Notes: generated from the sequence alone by a model not told the origin. A DNA stretch of 64,000 nt from Selaginella moellendorffii (GCF_000143415.4 NW_003314296.1:1649858-1713857), one strand, 5' to 3'; positions 25,230 to 37,374 are shown, counted from the stretch's first letter. Program-made: numbers and translations.

Positions 25230-25870
25230 GCGGGAAAAAAACTTGCCTTTACTCCAATTTGCTCACAATAGTATTCATCAATTGACTATTAACATCTCTC
25301 TATTCATGGTGATATATGGATATGATCTTAGGTCTCCTATAAATTTGAGTTTATCTTTGGTTCGAGTGCCCATGTTTGTGATTTCATAAAGGATATGCAA
25401 AACAAGTTTGAGTTAGTAAAGTTGAATATGAGACAAACTCAAAAAAGAGATAAAAGATTTATTGATGAGCATCATCGTCATCAAGAGTACAAAGTTGATA
25501 ATAAAAGTTTTCCTAAAATTGTTGGATGTACAACAATCTCTAAAAAGAAGTGGCAATGCTAAGTTGTTTCCATAGTATTATAGGCCTTGGACAATTTGGT
25601 AGCGTGTGGGAGATTTTGCTTACATTTTAGATTTGCCAGCTAATTTAAAGATTCATTCAACATTCTATGTGAATAAGCTTAAAAAGTGTTTGCACACTAG
25701 TGGTATTGTGGATCATTCCATCATCCTAAAGATTGGTGAAGACAAGCTATAAGACAAATTGAGAATTATTAGTTTAGTGGAATGGCTATTCCATAGATGA
25801 AGTTACATGGGGAAAAATGCATGACATGAATAAAGTGTTTTCAAGTTTTGGATATGACTTGGATAACATT
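25230..25870 (+). mobile_element. Ty3/gypsy integrase relic, 3' part (GPY/F region, possible chromodomain)
   Basis: LPLLQFAHNS...YGYD; KLFP...GPW; AYILDLPANLKIHSTFYVNKLKK. Confidence 0.85.
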
Positions 25871-27019
25871 TAAGAGGAATTGAGTTTTATAGCTATATTA
25901 TTATATGATTTAAATTGTTTGCTCTATTTTCATTCCCTTGTTTTTATGACCATATTGTGTAAGAAAACTGTATTACTTGTTTTTTTTAGCCATTTATTGC
26001 AATATTGGTGTTATTGTTTGTATATATTTTCTCCATAGCTGTATTGCTTGGACTCCCTTAATGTGAGGCTAATTTAACTTCTCGAATCTATAGCTAGTTC
26101 AAAAAATGACATGAACCATAAAAATATTTTAAAAATACTGAAATGCCTTAGGTATTTTAAAGCACCAGTATTTCAACCACAAAACTATTTTCTGACCCCT
26201 ATTTGTGACATTAATGCTTTGCCAGAAGGACTTCTTCAGATTCCCTAGGCTCCCAGAGAAGTCCTGAGCCCTAAGAGGCCGAGCCTTGATGAACGGCTTC
26301 TAACATTTCCTCTTCTTGTTCTCTGTGTCTTCCATGGCAACTCAGCTATTTGTTGTGCCAGAAGGGCATTCTCGTCTCTCAAGTCCTTGGATTTCTAGAG
26401 TTCAGCTTCCAACCTGAGAATCTTCTCCTCTTGCAAAAGGATCTTGCTTATCTGGCAATCCAGAGTGGCCCGTGCCACGTTCATAGCCTCCTCCACCCTC
26501 TGTATCTCTTTCATAGCCATTTCCTTTACAAATTCCTTTTTTCCTCGGTGATCTTCAAACTTTCAGTAGGACATAGCTTCACAAAGCATCTTCACCTCTT
26601 TTGATGAGCAGGCCCATTTCTAACTCACAAATCTGGCCTCCTTCTCTAAAGCCTTGAAGACTGTCTCTAAACGCTCCTAGTCTGCTTCCACCATGTTCTA
26701 AACATCCACCAAACAGGTCACTCCTCTTGGTATCCCCATGCTGCTAGCATGTTTTGCTGAAGATCCTCTTGGATGGAGGCCATGATGATGCACTGAACCT
26801 TGGATCTTGCAAGAGCAGCCCCAGTCGCTTCACCAGATTCCCTCAAAAGCAAGTCTAGGAGCTCTGTCCAGTCGAGATTCCCACCTGCTTCTTGATCTCC
26901 TGTGCTACATGAGTGGGAGTTTGGCATAACCATACGTTATGCCTCCATCTCCCTCCCAAATGCATTCTGGAAGGAAAGCTGCTATCGCATCCCCACTTCA
27001 TACTGGTCTTCGAGCAAAG

Positions 27020-28145
27020 CTTTTCTATTAATTTTCAATTTTTCTAGCAACTCTTCTCTCTATTAGTTTTCCTCCTTCCAAGTTGAAGACTTACTGTATT
27101 GTATTGGTTTTTGCAGTGTTATTCTTCATCCAAAGAAGCCAGTTGCAGTGACAGCCTCAGATGATTCGACCTGGCAAATGTGGGGTCTTCTCACTGGTGA
27201 TCTGATCATGACCGGAGATGGACGCAAGAGTAGGGTGGCAGGTATCGATTTTCATCCAAAGTTGTGCCAAACTTTCTTCTTACTTCTCTAGAATCAAGCC
27301 TCAAATCTAGCCCTCTTCTCTTTGCAGTGGGATGCAAATGTCTTCATCGTCTGGAGACTGCACAATTAAAGTCTGGAGCTTTGAAAAGGCCTGCTGCATC
27401 CACACATTCTCGGATCACACACAGGTTCTCAAAATTCTCTCTCCCCCTTTTTTATTGTTCTTCACAAACTTTACGTGTGTACCATAACAGTGGTGAAGTT
27501 CTAGCCAGTGCTTCCATGGATCACACCGTACGCATCTGGGACCTCGTCAGGCATGCCAAGATTGAAAGTATCTTTCCATTCAGATTAGCCTGACTCGTGT
27601 TGTTTTTTATTTTCTAGACGGTAAATGGCTGCATTTGGCAGCCTTACAACAGTATTCTTGCATGGCTTCCAGCGACAAAACCGTCTGCTTGTGGGACGCG
27701 CGCTCCTCTCTCTGTGTCCAAACGTCTTACGGCCACCAAAGCTCTTGCAACCACGCAGCTTTCGACCCAAAGGTAACTCTTCCCAAGTTATAAGCTCTTT
27801 TCGATCGAGTAATCTCCCACATGATTCTTGAACCTCTTTGTCTTGAACCTTCCAGGGGAGGGACGGTGGTGTCTATAGATGCAAATGGGATCGTAAAGAT
27901 CTTCACAAAGTTGCCGAGTACGCCACCATCGACGTTGAGCATCAAATGGGAGCGTCCTCTTTCTCTCCTCCCTGGTTGCTTTCTTCCTTCTCAGTGACTC
28001 TATACGATCTGGCAACTTCCAAAGAGGTGGATCCAATTCGAGAGTTTCAAGGGCACACGGATGCCATCCAGGCAGTGGTGTTAGATCGAGCTGGGAAGTA
28101 CATGGCTTCCGCAGGGCATTTGGGGGCCATAGCCATTTGACTTTT
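27020..28145 (+). pseudogene. Inverted duplicate of the PF20/SPAG16 3' half
   Basis: Reverse complement of ~29430-30765 including introns, with deletions and stops. Confidence 0.9.
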
Positions 28146-28198
28146 GTTGACTTTCGTGGACTAAAGGCATTCAAAAAGGGAATTGACTATATAGTTGA

Positions 28199-28500
28199 AT
28201 GGATGCGCCAAATAACGAACAGGAGTTTTGCACAGCTTCTGCTATGGAAATTGGACAATCTCTGTCGTCAGTGGTGGGCGAGATGGGCGACAAGACGATA
28301 AGAGTGGAGGGGTGGGACTATTTCCTGCAGGGGATGGAGGTGGATGATCGGTTCATTGCATTTGTTGTGACGAGGGGCGATGTGGAAAGAATAGAGATGA
28401 ATTGCAATAAAGTTTCAAGCTTTAGAGATCATGGGTTGAAGTTTTCAAAACTTTGGATGAGGACTTAATGGAGACCAAGATCAGCTTAATTATGGATTAT
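28199..28500 (+). pseudogene. Orphan ORF family copy B, frameshifted
   Basis: MGDKTIRVEGWDYFLQGMEVDDRFIAFVVTRGDVERIEMNC. Confidence 0.75.
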
Positions 28501-28877
28501 TTTGAAATCTTAAATCTGAAAAAAGTCTAATTATGTATAATTTTCCTTTTTTTAATTATAGATTATGGCGATGCCAAGAGTGATGGTGGTGATCTCCCCA
28601 GCAAAAGAAGAAATTATCTAGTTTTGGAGCCTCAATCTTTCTTTGCTTGTATTTTTCATGGATCTAAAACTGTTTCCATTGCCAAGGACTTGGGTCTACC
28701 GAGCCAGCCCTCTTTCAGTCCCTCAAGCCGTCTTGGGCAATCACTGTCAAAACATTTGGGGCAAATGCACAATAAAAAAATTGATTAACATTTTAAAACC
28801 TTTACTCATAAAAATTATTTAATCTAAATCTAACTTGTCAAATCTTAAATCACCTTTTAAATAACCTTTGAGATTAC

Positions 28878-29339
28878 TCAAAGGTTACAAGAGATCATTC
28901 CTTGAGCATGGCGGACAAATGGGAATGTTTTTGGCTTCCCATTTGTGCTTTCAAAAAGCTCTGTGTAGTCCATGATCAAGTGATTTTTTGACACACCCCA
29001 AACTTTGATCTGGCTCTCAATGAAATCATCATCCAAGGTCTTGAAATCTTCTACCCTTCGACCTCCGTGATCTTTAAAGCTCGACACTGTAGCGCAATTC
29101 ATCTCTATCCTTTCCACATCGCCCCTCGCCACAACAAACGCAATGAACTGATCCTCCACCTCCGTCCCCTGGAGAAAATAGTGCCACCCATCTACTCTCA
29201 TCGTCTTGTCGCCCATTTTTTCAGCATCATAATCTCCTATCCTTGAGACGACCATGGAGTATATCTCAGGCGAGAGATCGTCTAAGAATGAGTTATCCAT
29301 CTCGAAAGCTGCCGAAAACCCTTGCTTGTTGTTTGGCAT
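28878..29339 (-). CDS. Orphan intronless ORF (~153 aa), apparently intact copy C
   Basis: ATG at 29339 (MPNNKQGFSAAFE...), open to the stop at 28878; three paralogous copies in the window; no recognisable domain. Confidence 0.55.
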   Translation of the reverse strand: MPNNKQGFSAAFEMDNSFLDDLSPEIYSMVVSRIGDYDAEKMGDKTMRVDGWHYFLQGTEVEDQFIAFVVARGDVERIEMNCATVSSFKDHGGRRVEDFKTLDDDFIESQIKVWGVSKNHLIMDYTELFESTNGKPKTFPFVRHAQGMISCNL

Positions 29340-29440
29340 GGAGGAAGTCGTTCTTGCCAACCTTTCTTTTTAGGACATTCATTCAACTATATAGTCAATT
29401 CCCTTTTTGAAAGCCAACTAGTAAAGTCAGCAAAAGTCCA

Positions 29441-32240
29441 TTATGGCCCCCATATGCGAAAGGTGCAATCACTTCCAGCCGAGACCATGTACTTCCCAGC
29501 TCGATCAAACACCACCGCCTGGACGGCGTCGGTGTGCCCTTGAAACTCTCGAATTGGAACCACCTCCCCGTAAGTTTGGAAGCTGCCAGATAGTATTAGA
29601 GTCACTGAGAAGGAAGAAAGAAACCAGGGAGGAAAAGAGAAAGAGGACGCTACCATTTGATGGTACTGTCGCTGCTTGCGATCGCGACGACGTAGCCACT
29701 CTTGTCTACCGCGCATTTGTTTGCCGGATGAGGCCCAACGTCGATGGTGGCGTACTCGGCAACTTTGCGAATGTCCCAGATCTTTACGATCCCATTTGCA
29801 TCGACAGACACCACCGTCTCTCCCTGGAAGTTTCAAGACAAAGAGGTTCAAGAATCATGCGGGGTTATAGCTTTTCTGTGCATGAAGTGAGATTACTCGA
29901 TCGAAAAGAACTTATAACTTGGGAAGAGTTACCTTTGGGTCGAAAGCTGCGTGGTTGCAAGAGCTTTGGTGGCCGTAAAACGTTTGGACACAGAGCGAGG
30001 AGCGCGCGTCCCACAAGCTGACGGTTTTGTCGCTGGAAGCCGTGCAAAGAATACTGTTGTAAGGCTGCCAAATGCAGCCATTTACCGAGTCTACGTGACC
30101 TCTGAGCGTGCCTCTACACTTCATGCTGACCAAGGCAAAGAAAAAACAAAGTAAAAATTACGAGTCAGTCTAGCTTTGCACGGAAAGAGAGTTTCAATCT
30201 TTGCATGCCTGACGAGGTCCCAGATGCGTGCGGTGTGGTCCATGGAAGCACTGGCGAGAACTTCACCACTGTTGTGGTACGAAACTCCCCAAACAGCCTG
30301 AGCAAACACGTAAAGTTTGCGAAGAACAATAAAAAAAGAAAAACAGGGAGAGAGAATTTTGAGAACCTGCGTGTGATCCGAGAATGTGTGTATGCAGCAG
30401 GCCTTTTCAAAGCTCCATACTTTGACTGTGCAGTCTCCAGATGACGAAGACAATTGCATCCCACTGCAAAGAGAAGAAGGCTAGATTTGAGGCTTGATTC
30501 TCGAGAAGTAAGAAGAAAAGTTTGGCACAACTTCGGATGAAAATCGATACCCGCCACCCAGCTCTTGTGTCCATCTCCGGTCATGATCAGATCACCAGCG
30601 GGAAGACCCCACATTTGCCAGGTCGAATCATCTGACGCCGTCACCGCAACTGGCTTCTTTGGATGAAGAACAACACTGCAAAAACCAATACAGTAAGTCT
30701 TCAACTTGGAAGGAGGAAAACTACTAGAAGAAAGAGTTACTAGAAAAATTGAAAACTATTAGAGAAGGCCATGATCTATCTGAGGAGACTTACTTGCTTA
30801 TCGGCATGGTATGGCCTTTGAAAGTCTTCTGGAGCACGAAAGTTTTGACGACGGTGGGCTCTTGCGAGATAGCCGAGACGGCTCGAGGGATTGAGAGAGG
30901 GTCGGCGGCTCGGTAGATCTGGCCGGACATGCTGCTGCTCCTTGCGGCCATGTCCTTGGCGGACTTGGCCTTGCTCGAAACAGTGCCAGTTCCATAGGAT
31001 GACTCGGAGCCAGATTCGGAAGCCGCAAGCTGCAAGAAAAACCTCTCAAAGTCTCCGAATTTTGCATGAAAAAACAAGCAATTACCAGTGCTTGAAGCCT
31101 GTCTCGCTCCAAAGCTATCATGGATTTGGTCCGCATTAACGTGTCGTATTTCTTCTTGAGCTCCCGGATGATCGGCTCGTACTGTGCATAGTGCTTCCTG
31201 AGCCTCTGGAAGAAAATGAAAAAGACGATAAGTTTGAGAAACTACGTTTTTTCCAACCTTGACGTCGACAATGAGCCTGTTTTTCTCTTGGGCGATGCGC
31301 CGGTGGTGCATACGGTGGACGTTTCTCTCCCTTCGGAGCTTCTCGAGCATTTCATGGCGGTATCTGCAGTCTGAAAGTGTCAAATTTAGGCCCAGATACA
31401 AAGATGCAATAGAGGAAACACAGGAAAGAAGAAAAATCAAAGAAGACAGAGCGATGATAAGAATGCCAGAGTTTCATACTGTGCCAGAAGATTTGCCTGC
31501 TTGAGCTGGTGCTGCAAACTGGTGAGAATTTCGTCCTGTTTCATGCTCCTCACGTACTCATCAGGCACGAGTCCAATCTGGCTGTCTAGAATTCGTTTCT
31601 TCTCTCGTATCTGGTACCATTCTGTCTAAAAAACAGAACAGGAGAAACAGTCACTGTGGAGAACAAAAGGAAGTTTTTTTGACTCACTTCGAATGTAGCT
31701 ACTGTTTTTGTCATGCCCATCCGGATCAAAAAGTTCCTCACGAAATCGTCGGCAACTTCCGGCTTGCGCGTGACGGCGGCATCCGTCCCTTGCTTGCCTT
31801 TGCCTGGATCACGGAACTGTGTCCCAGAAAAAAAACACAAAAGGAAGGGCTTGTTCGTACCAAGCATGTAAGACAGCTTCTCGAGCGATCTGAGCGTAGC
31901 ATCCAGATCCTCTGACTGCGTGTCGTCAGGCTCGGAGCCGCTATCAACTTCCACCTCCTCTTCGTAGTTGAAATCATCATCGCTCTCCTCTTCATTCTCT
32001 GCAACGAAAAAACATCCAAAACAATCGACACAAGATCAGCTGGAACACATCGGAGCGAAACAACCATACATACGAAGAGCAAAAAAAAAGAAAAAAAAAA
32101 CCCAAGATCCACTACATTTTCTCAAGAAAAGCCCAGCTCAAAGCGATCGTTCGATCAAACGCAGCCAGGAAAAAACCAAAGAAAGTTTTACCTTCGCTCG
32201 CATTCGCGTTGTCAATCTCATTGTCGCCTTCGCTGCTCAT
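29441..32240 (-). CDS. PF20: Sperm-associated antigen 16 / flagellar WD-repeat protein PF20
   Basis: DDDFNYEEEV, TRKPEVADDFVRNFL.RMGM.KT..TFE, RRERNVHRMHHRRIAQEKNRLI, then WD40 repeats to SAGSDCTFRIWGP. Confidence 0.9.
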
Positions 32241-32475
32241 CCCCGCGAAAGTTAAATAACTGTCAGCTCTAGAAGCATATTCCCCGCGATTCTCCTCCGT
32301 TGAAGTACATTTAGTCAACGGGGCTCTCATGATCGAGCAAGGTTTTGACTTTTCACTTTGGCTCCCTCTTCAATCAATCCGGGGAAGCGACCGAAAAATC
32401 GATCCAATCTCTCGAATTCTTTCTTGGCAATTCGCAGCGCTGGAGCTCCACCACCAATCGCGAGCGGCGGCGGCG

Positions 32476-33088
32476 ATGCCGCCGGGATCCTCATCCTCTT
32501 CCTCGCCTCCGCCCTCGTCTTCTTCGTCCCCCTGCGCCGCGTGTAAGCTCTTGCGGCGCAAATGCACCAGAGAGTGCGTCTTTGCGCCTTACTTCTCCTC
32601 GAGCGAGCCGCAAAAGTTTGCGCAAGTCCACAAGATCTTCGGCGCTAGCAATGTGAGCAAGATGCTACAGGTAAGAACGAGAATTCGATCGAAAAAAAAG
32701 GAGAGATTTTTTCCGCTTTCTACCTCTTGATCTTTCTCTCCCTCCCAAGGAACTTCCCGTGGAGCGGCGGCGGGATGCGGTGGCGAGCATCGTCTACGAG
32801 GCCAACGCGAGAATCCGCGACCCTGTCTACGGCTGCCTGGGAGCGATCTTCACCTTGCAGCAGCAGATCGCCCAGCTCCGGAAGCAACTCTCGGCGGCCC
32901 AGTCGGAGATGGTCTTGCTCAAATTCCAGCACCAACATCGAGAACCTTTCCAACTTCAGCCTTCCACCACCGCCTCTTCTCTCCAAGAACAGCACCACCT
33001 CTACAAGGCAGTAGCGTTGCAAACACCCGATGATCACCACCACTATAGCAGGGACTTGATCGAAAGTAGCAGCGTCTGGACATCCTGA
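32476..33088 (+). CDS. Class I LOB-domain (LBD) transcription factor, 2 exons
   Basis: [41 protein letters not shown], leucine zipper. Confidence 0.95.
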
Positions 33089-33239
33089 CCTCTACGAGAA
33101 CTCCTCCTAAAGAAAGATAAGCAATCCCTCCCTCCGTCTCTAAGTAGAAGAAGACTAGACTAGAGTCTATCAGCTAGAAGAACTCGAGAGAAAGAAAACT
33201 ATGAAGAAGAAAGAACTTGAGGAAGAACTTGAGGAAGAA

Positions 33240-33686
33240 CTACGAGGAAGAAGAACCCACCAAGACACCCTGCGCGGCAGCACCAGCGACGGCATTTTGA
33301 TTCTTGGCCTGTTCTTCGTCCGCTACTTCATCCGCCCTCCTGATCTTGATCTTATACTTGGCCTCAAACTCGGCGATTTCTCGCTTCTTCCTCTCCAGCG
33401 CCTCCGCCAGGCGCTTGATCATGTCCTCCAGCCCCTCCCTGTTCCTCTGCACGGCGGGCAGGACCTCGCCCACCGTGCGCTCCACCAGGACGCCGCCGAT
33501 CAGCCGGAAGCACTTCCTGGCCGGATCCAGCGGCTTGATGGCGCCGATGACTAGGGCATGCTCGCTCAGCTCCAGCTCCATCTCCGTGACCTTGGAGTGG
33601 AGCTGGTTCAGCTCTGACCTCATGAGGCTCCACCGCGATGCCACAGCCTGCTCGCTGCCGAGCTCGCCGTCGCCGCCCTCCGCCAT
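33240..33686 (-). CDS. PFD2: Prefoldin subunit 2, intronless
   Basis: EHALVIGAIKPLDPARKCFRLIGGVLVERTVGEVLPAV...QGVLV. Confidence 0.95.
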   Translation of the reverse strand: MAEGGDGELGSEQAVASRWSLMRSELNQLHSKVTEMELELSEHALVIGAIKPLDPARKCFRLIGGVLVERTVGEVLPAVQRNREGLEDMIKRLAEALERKKREIAEFEAKYKIKIRRADEVADEEQAKNQNAVAGAAAQGVLVGSSSS

Positions 33687-33825
33687 CGCCCGCAAGAGCC
33701 CTAAAAATGGAAGAAATTTAACTGTGGTTTTTAACCCTTGGATGATTTTAACTAATACTTTTTTACCCTTTGTATACTAGAATTAGGGTTTTATTGTCCA
33801 TTAAAGTTCTTGGGCTGATTTTCCA

Positions 33826-35064
33826 ATGGCTTCTTCCACTCCAGAGGAAATCTCTAGTGTGAAGAACTCTATCACATCCAAGGGCTTGAACAGGGCACTC
33901 AAGGTATTATCAGCATTGGCTTCTTCTCTCAAAGATAGATCTTCTTTGAGGTCGAAGAAGCAATGCTTTACAATTCGATCCTACGAAGTTGGGGCTAACA
34001 AGACTGCCACAGTGGAGACTATGATGAGCTTGCTTCAAGTAAGTGGTGATCATATATAAAACTTGCAAAGAAACTTTGGGATCATAGCAAAACTTTGGTT
34101 TCCAAATTCTCTTTTTTTCTACAGGAGTCTGCAGTAAATCATATGTCCAGGACTGACGGATTTAGCAAGGATGGAATTTGGACGAGCCCGAGCATGAGGA
34201 GGAATAGTGTAACCTGGGTAGTAGCGTTTATCCATCTCAAAATCGATACTTATCCATCTTGGTAAGCAAAGTTCTTTAAACTATATGAATTCATGGCTTT
34301 GATTTAATAGGAATGATATCGTGGAGATTGAAACCTGGACGAGAGCTTTGGGTGACAGGCTTGGCATGCACGGAGATTGGCTGATCAAAGATCAAAACAC
34401 TGGCTCAATTTTGGCCCGGGCAACGAGGTAATCTTTTCTCTTTTCATATTAGTGAAATAATTTAAACAAGAATGCTTTAGCACTTGGCTGATGATCAACA
34501 CCGAAACAAGGAGGTTCTCCAAGATTCCCTACGAGGTATGGAACGAGATCATGCCCTTCTTTAACGAAGAGTCTCGAGCTCTCGGAGAAGATGGCGATCC
34601 TTTAGACGACATAGAAGAAATCGTTGCAAGCCAAGCTGAATACGTTCGATCTGACCTGAGAGTAAGCTCTAGTTTGCTGAAAAACATGTTTGAAATCAAA
34701 TTTTGCGAGAACATTTGCAGGCACACCACAATGATTTAGACATGAATCAACACGTGAACAACTCGAGATACTTTCGTTGGCTTTTAGAGGTCTTACAATG
34801 CATCAAATGTTTCTTTGAACCCTTGTAACCTTTGATCCTTAGGCTGTTCCACCGTCCGTACTAAAGAGCCATGAACTTGCGCGAGTGACCCTCGAATTCA
34901 AGCGGGAGTGTCGCGAAGCACAACCTGTACGGTCTCTGTGCCGTCTCAAGAGCCAAACCCCAACCGGTGTGGAGTTCGTACACCGTTTGCTACTGCAAGA
35001 CCGTGGCTCTGAGATACTCCGGGGCCAAACTTTGTGGCGGCCCACAAACAAAGCCAAAATCTAG
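33826..35064 (+). CDS. Acyl-ACP thioesterase (Fat family), 6 exons
   Basis: FTIRSYEVGANKTATVETMMSLLQE, YPSW/NDIVEIETW, ARATS/TWLMINTETRRFSKIP, DLDMNQHVNN, TLEFKREC, RGQTLWRP. Confidence 0.9.
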
Positions 35065-35237
35065 AGAGAGAAATCTTCACAAAGAAATGATGTGCCTTTA
35101 ATTTTATTGCATCAGTCAAATGTGGGCAACGCATCGAAGACGCATGGTCGGACTTGAAGAAATATAAGGTGGAAAAGTGATCACTCCTGAATTCAACATT
35201 TTCCACAAACCCTCTGTACGGTGGACAAAGTGTGCTT

Positions 35238-36220
35238 CATAATTAACCATTTTATTTTATTAATAATTTAATTGATTTATAAATTGATCAATTCATATCA
35301 ATTCACGCTGAGTTGATTGATAAATTCAGGATTTGTTTGATCAATTCAGGAGTTGATTGATCAATTGATGACTAATCAACTTAATAAGATGAATTTATAT
35401 GAGTTTGTCCTTGTGAAGTGGCCTGTGGATCTGTGGCGACCAGAAGGTGGCTGAACCATATGCGGTGACGATTTCAGGTGTGCATGTGGCTGGGCCATGT
35501 CCCAGCCTCCCTTGCTCAGATGTGGATCCCTTTAGGTGAGTGTACTGGAATTGTTTTTTAGTCTTAAAATTTGTGAGAACTGCATGTTATGTGTGTAGGC
35601 CAAGATTGACTGAAATGTCATTTGCACCTATGCTTCATTATGGTGTTTCAGTTCAAGAAATTGCAAACATAGTGCAAGTTCATTAGTGTATCTTACATAA
35701 ACTAAGAATCACCACAAAAGTTCATCCCCAGTGCAAAAGAGAGCAAACACTAGACAAAATGTAAATCTTTACAAGAGAAAAGACTGTCAACTCTATTCTT
35801 AAAAAAAGCCTCAAAAAGAGCACGAATTCCACAGCAATCACCATGCTGCCCCATTGGCGCTCAGCCTGAGTACTAGTCAGCCGCCATTGCTGTATGGCAA
35901 CCGCACTAGGGCCAGCAATAATTTTGCAAAACCCTTACTCATTATATCTTAAAATTTAAATTAAATATAGTTATTAATATATTTAGCTGTTTTTCCCTTA
36001 ATTTTTCTTATTTTGAAATTAACTAATATCAATATCAAATGTCATCAACGACCTTAAACTCATCAACCGACTCAACCAACTCGTGAAGTGATCAATCAAC
36101 TCGTGAATTGATCAACAAACTCATGAATTGACCAATAAACTAATGAATTGATCAATCAACTTATCAAATGATAAATTCATAAATCAATTCAAATGTAATC
36201 AAATAAAATGGTTAATTATG
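35238..36220. mobile_element. Non-autonomous TIR element (MITE-like) with subterminal 20-bp repeats
   Basis: CATAATTAACCATTTTATTT at 35238 and its exact reverse complement ending at 36220; inverted arrays of ~TCGTGAATTGATCAATCAAC inside both ends. Confidence 0.85.
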
Positions 36221-37070
36221 CATCTCGAGGCTTCTGCTGCATCAAAGTGTTCTTATGCGGAATGAAATTCTCTTCATGGGAATCTTCCCTGAAATCAAGT
36301 TTGTGGAATCAATGTATCATTGAAACCAAGAACAGCAATACTAGCACTTCGAATTCATAGCAGCTGCCTTTTTAGTACTCTTTAAGTTCTCAGTCGAGAT
36401 CCGTCAGCAGCTGATTCTCCACCTTTCTTGCGACTTGCATGACAGGGTAGTGCGAGCCATATGCCGCCAGAAACTGTCCATAAACGTAGTATGTGTTGCT
36501 GTTTCCGCGACCATTTCCAAGGGTTTGGCTCAGGGCCAGCGTTGCCCCATGGCGCCTGAGTGGCGGCCAGGAAGACTGCATGCTCAACAATTGAAGGCAT
36601 TTTCTTTGAAATTCTTGCTCTTTGGTGATAGTTTTTTATTTTTATTTTCTGAAAAATGAGGCTTTTTTACTTGTAGAGAGGGTTTTTGTGCTGCATGGCT
36701 GCCACCAGCAAGGTATTTAGACATTTGAATTTTTTTTTCATTAAAGTTGCGGTTCTCTTGTAAAGATGAACTTTTGCAGTGATTTGAAGTCTCTGCAGCC
36801 AACGAGAAAAGAGTACAAAGACTAACTTGCATCACATTTGCAATTTCTTGGACTGAAACACCATAGTGAGCCTACGTGTACTTAAGCTAATTGAACTTTG
36901 AAATCAAACCAAATATACTTATTGTTAATAAGATAAGGTTATCAAGGTCGTTGACTAGACTACTTGAAATAGTTATTGAAAAATGAGAAAACCTCACAAA
37001 GAAATTGAATCAAGTAAAGAGAAAACTTGAAATAGTGATTGAAAAAAGAGTGATTGAAACTTGATATGGT

Positions 37071-37374
37071 GATTGAAATTAACAAAGAAATAGTGATTCA
37101 GCTTTGCAGCCTAAACAAAATTCTTGCAATAAAACCGAAAGCTCCATTTTGTTCCTTCCAATTCTTGCTTTTGTTGGCTTGCATTTGATTGCTAGTCAGG
37201 GTTTAGGGTTCTACTTTGCCCTGATTGAAATTAACAAAGGAGTAGTGATTTAGCTTTGCAGCCTAGACAAAATTTTTGCAATAAAACCGAAAGCTCCATT
37301 TTGTTCCTTCCAGTTCTTGCTTTTGTTGGCTTGCATTTGATTGCTAGTCAGGGTTTAGGGTTCTACTTTGCCCT
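37071..37374. repeat. Two-copy tandem repeat of ~152 bp containing AGGGTTTAGGGTT
   Basis: gattgaaattaacaaag...ctactttgccct occurs twice, nearly identical. Confidence 0.92.

Noticed and set aside
26230-26990. Coiled-coil-like coding relic on the minus strand
   Set aside because: Multiple stops and no assignable family
36080-36165. Regular 20-bp repeats superficially like a CRISPR array
   Set aside because: No unique spacers, eukaryotic context; they are subterminal repeats of a TIR element
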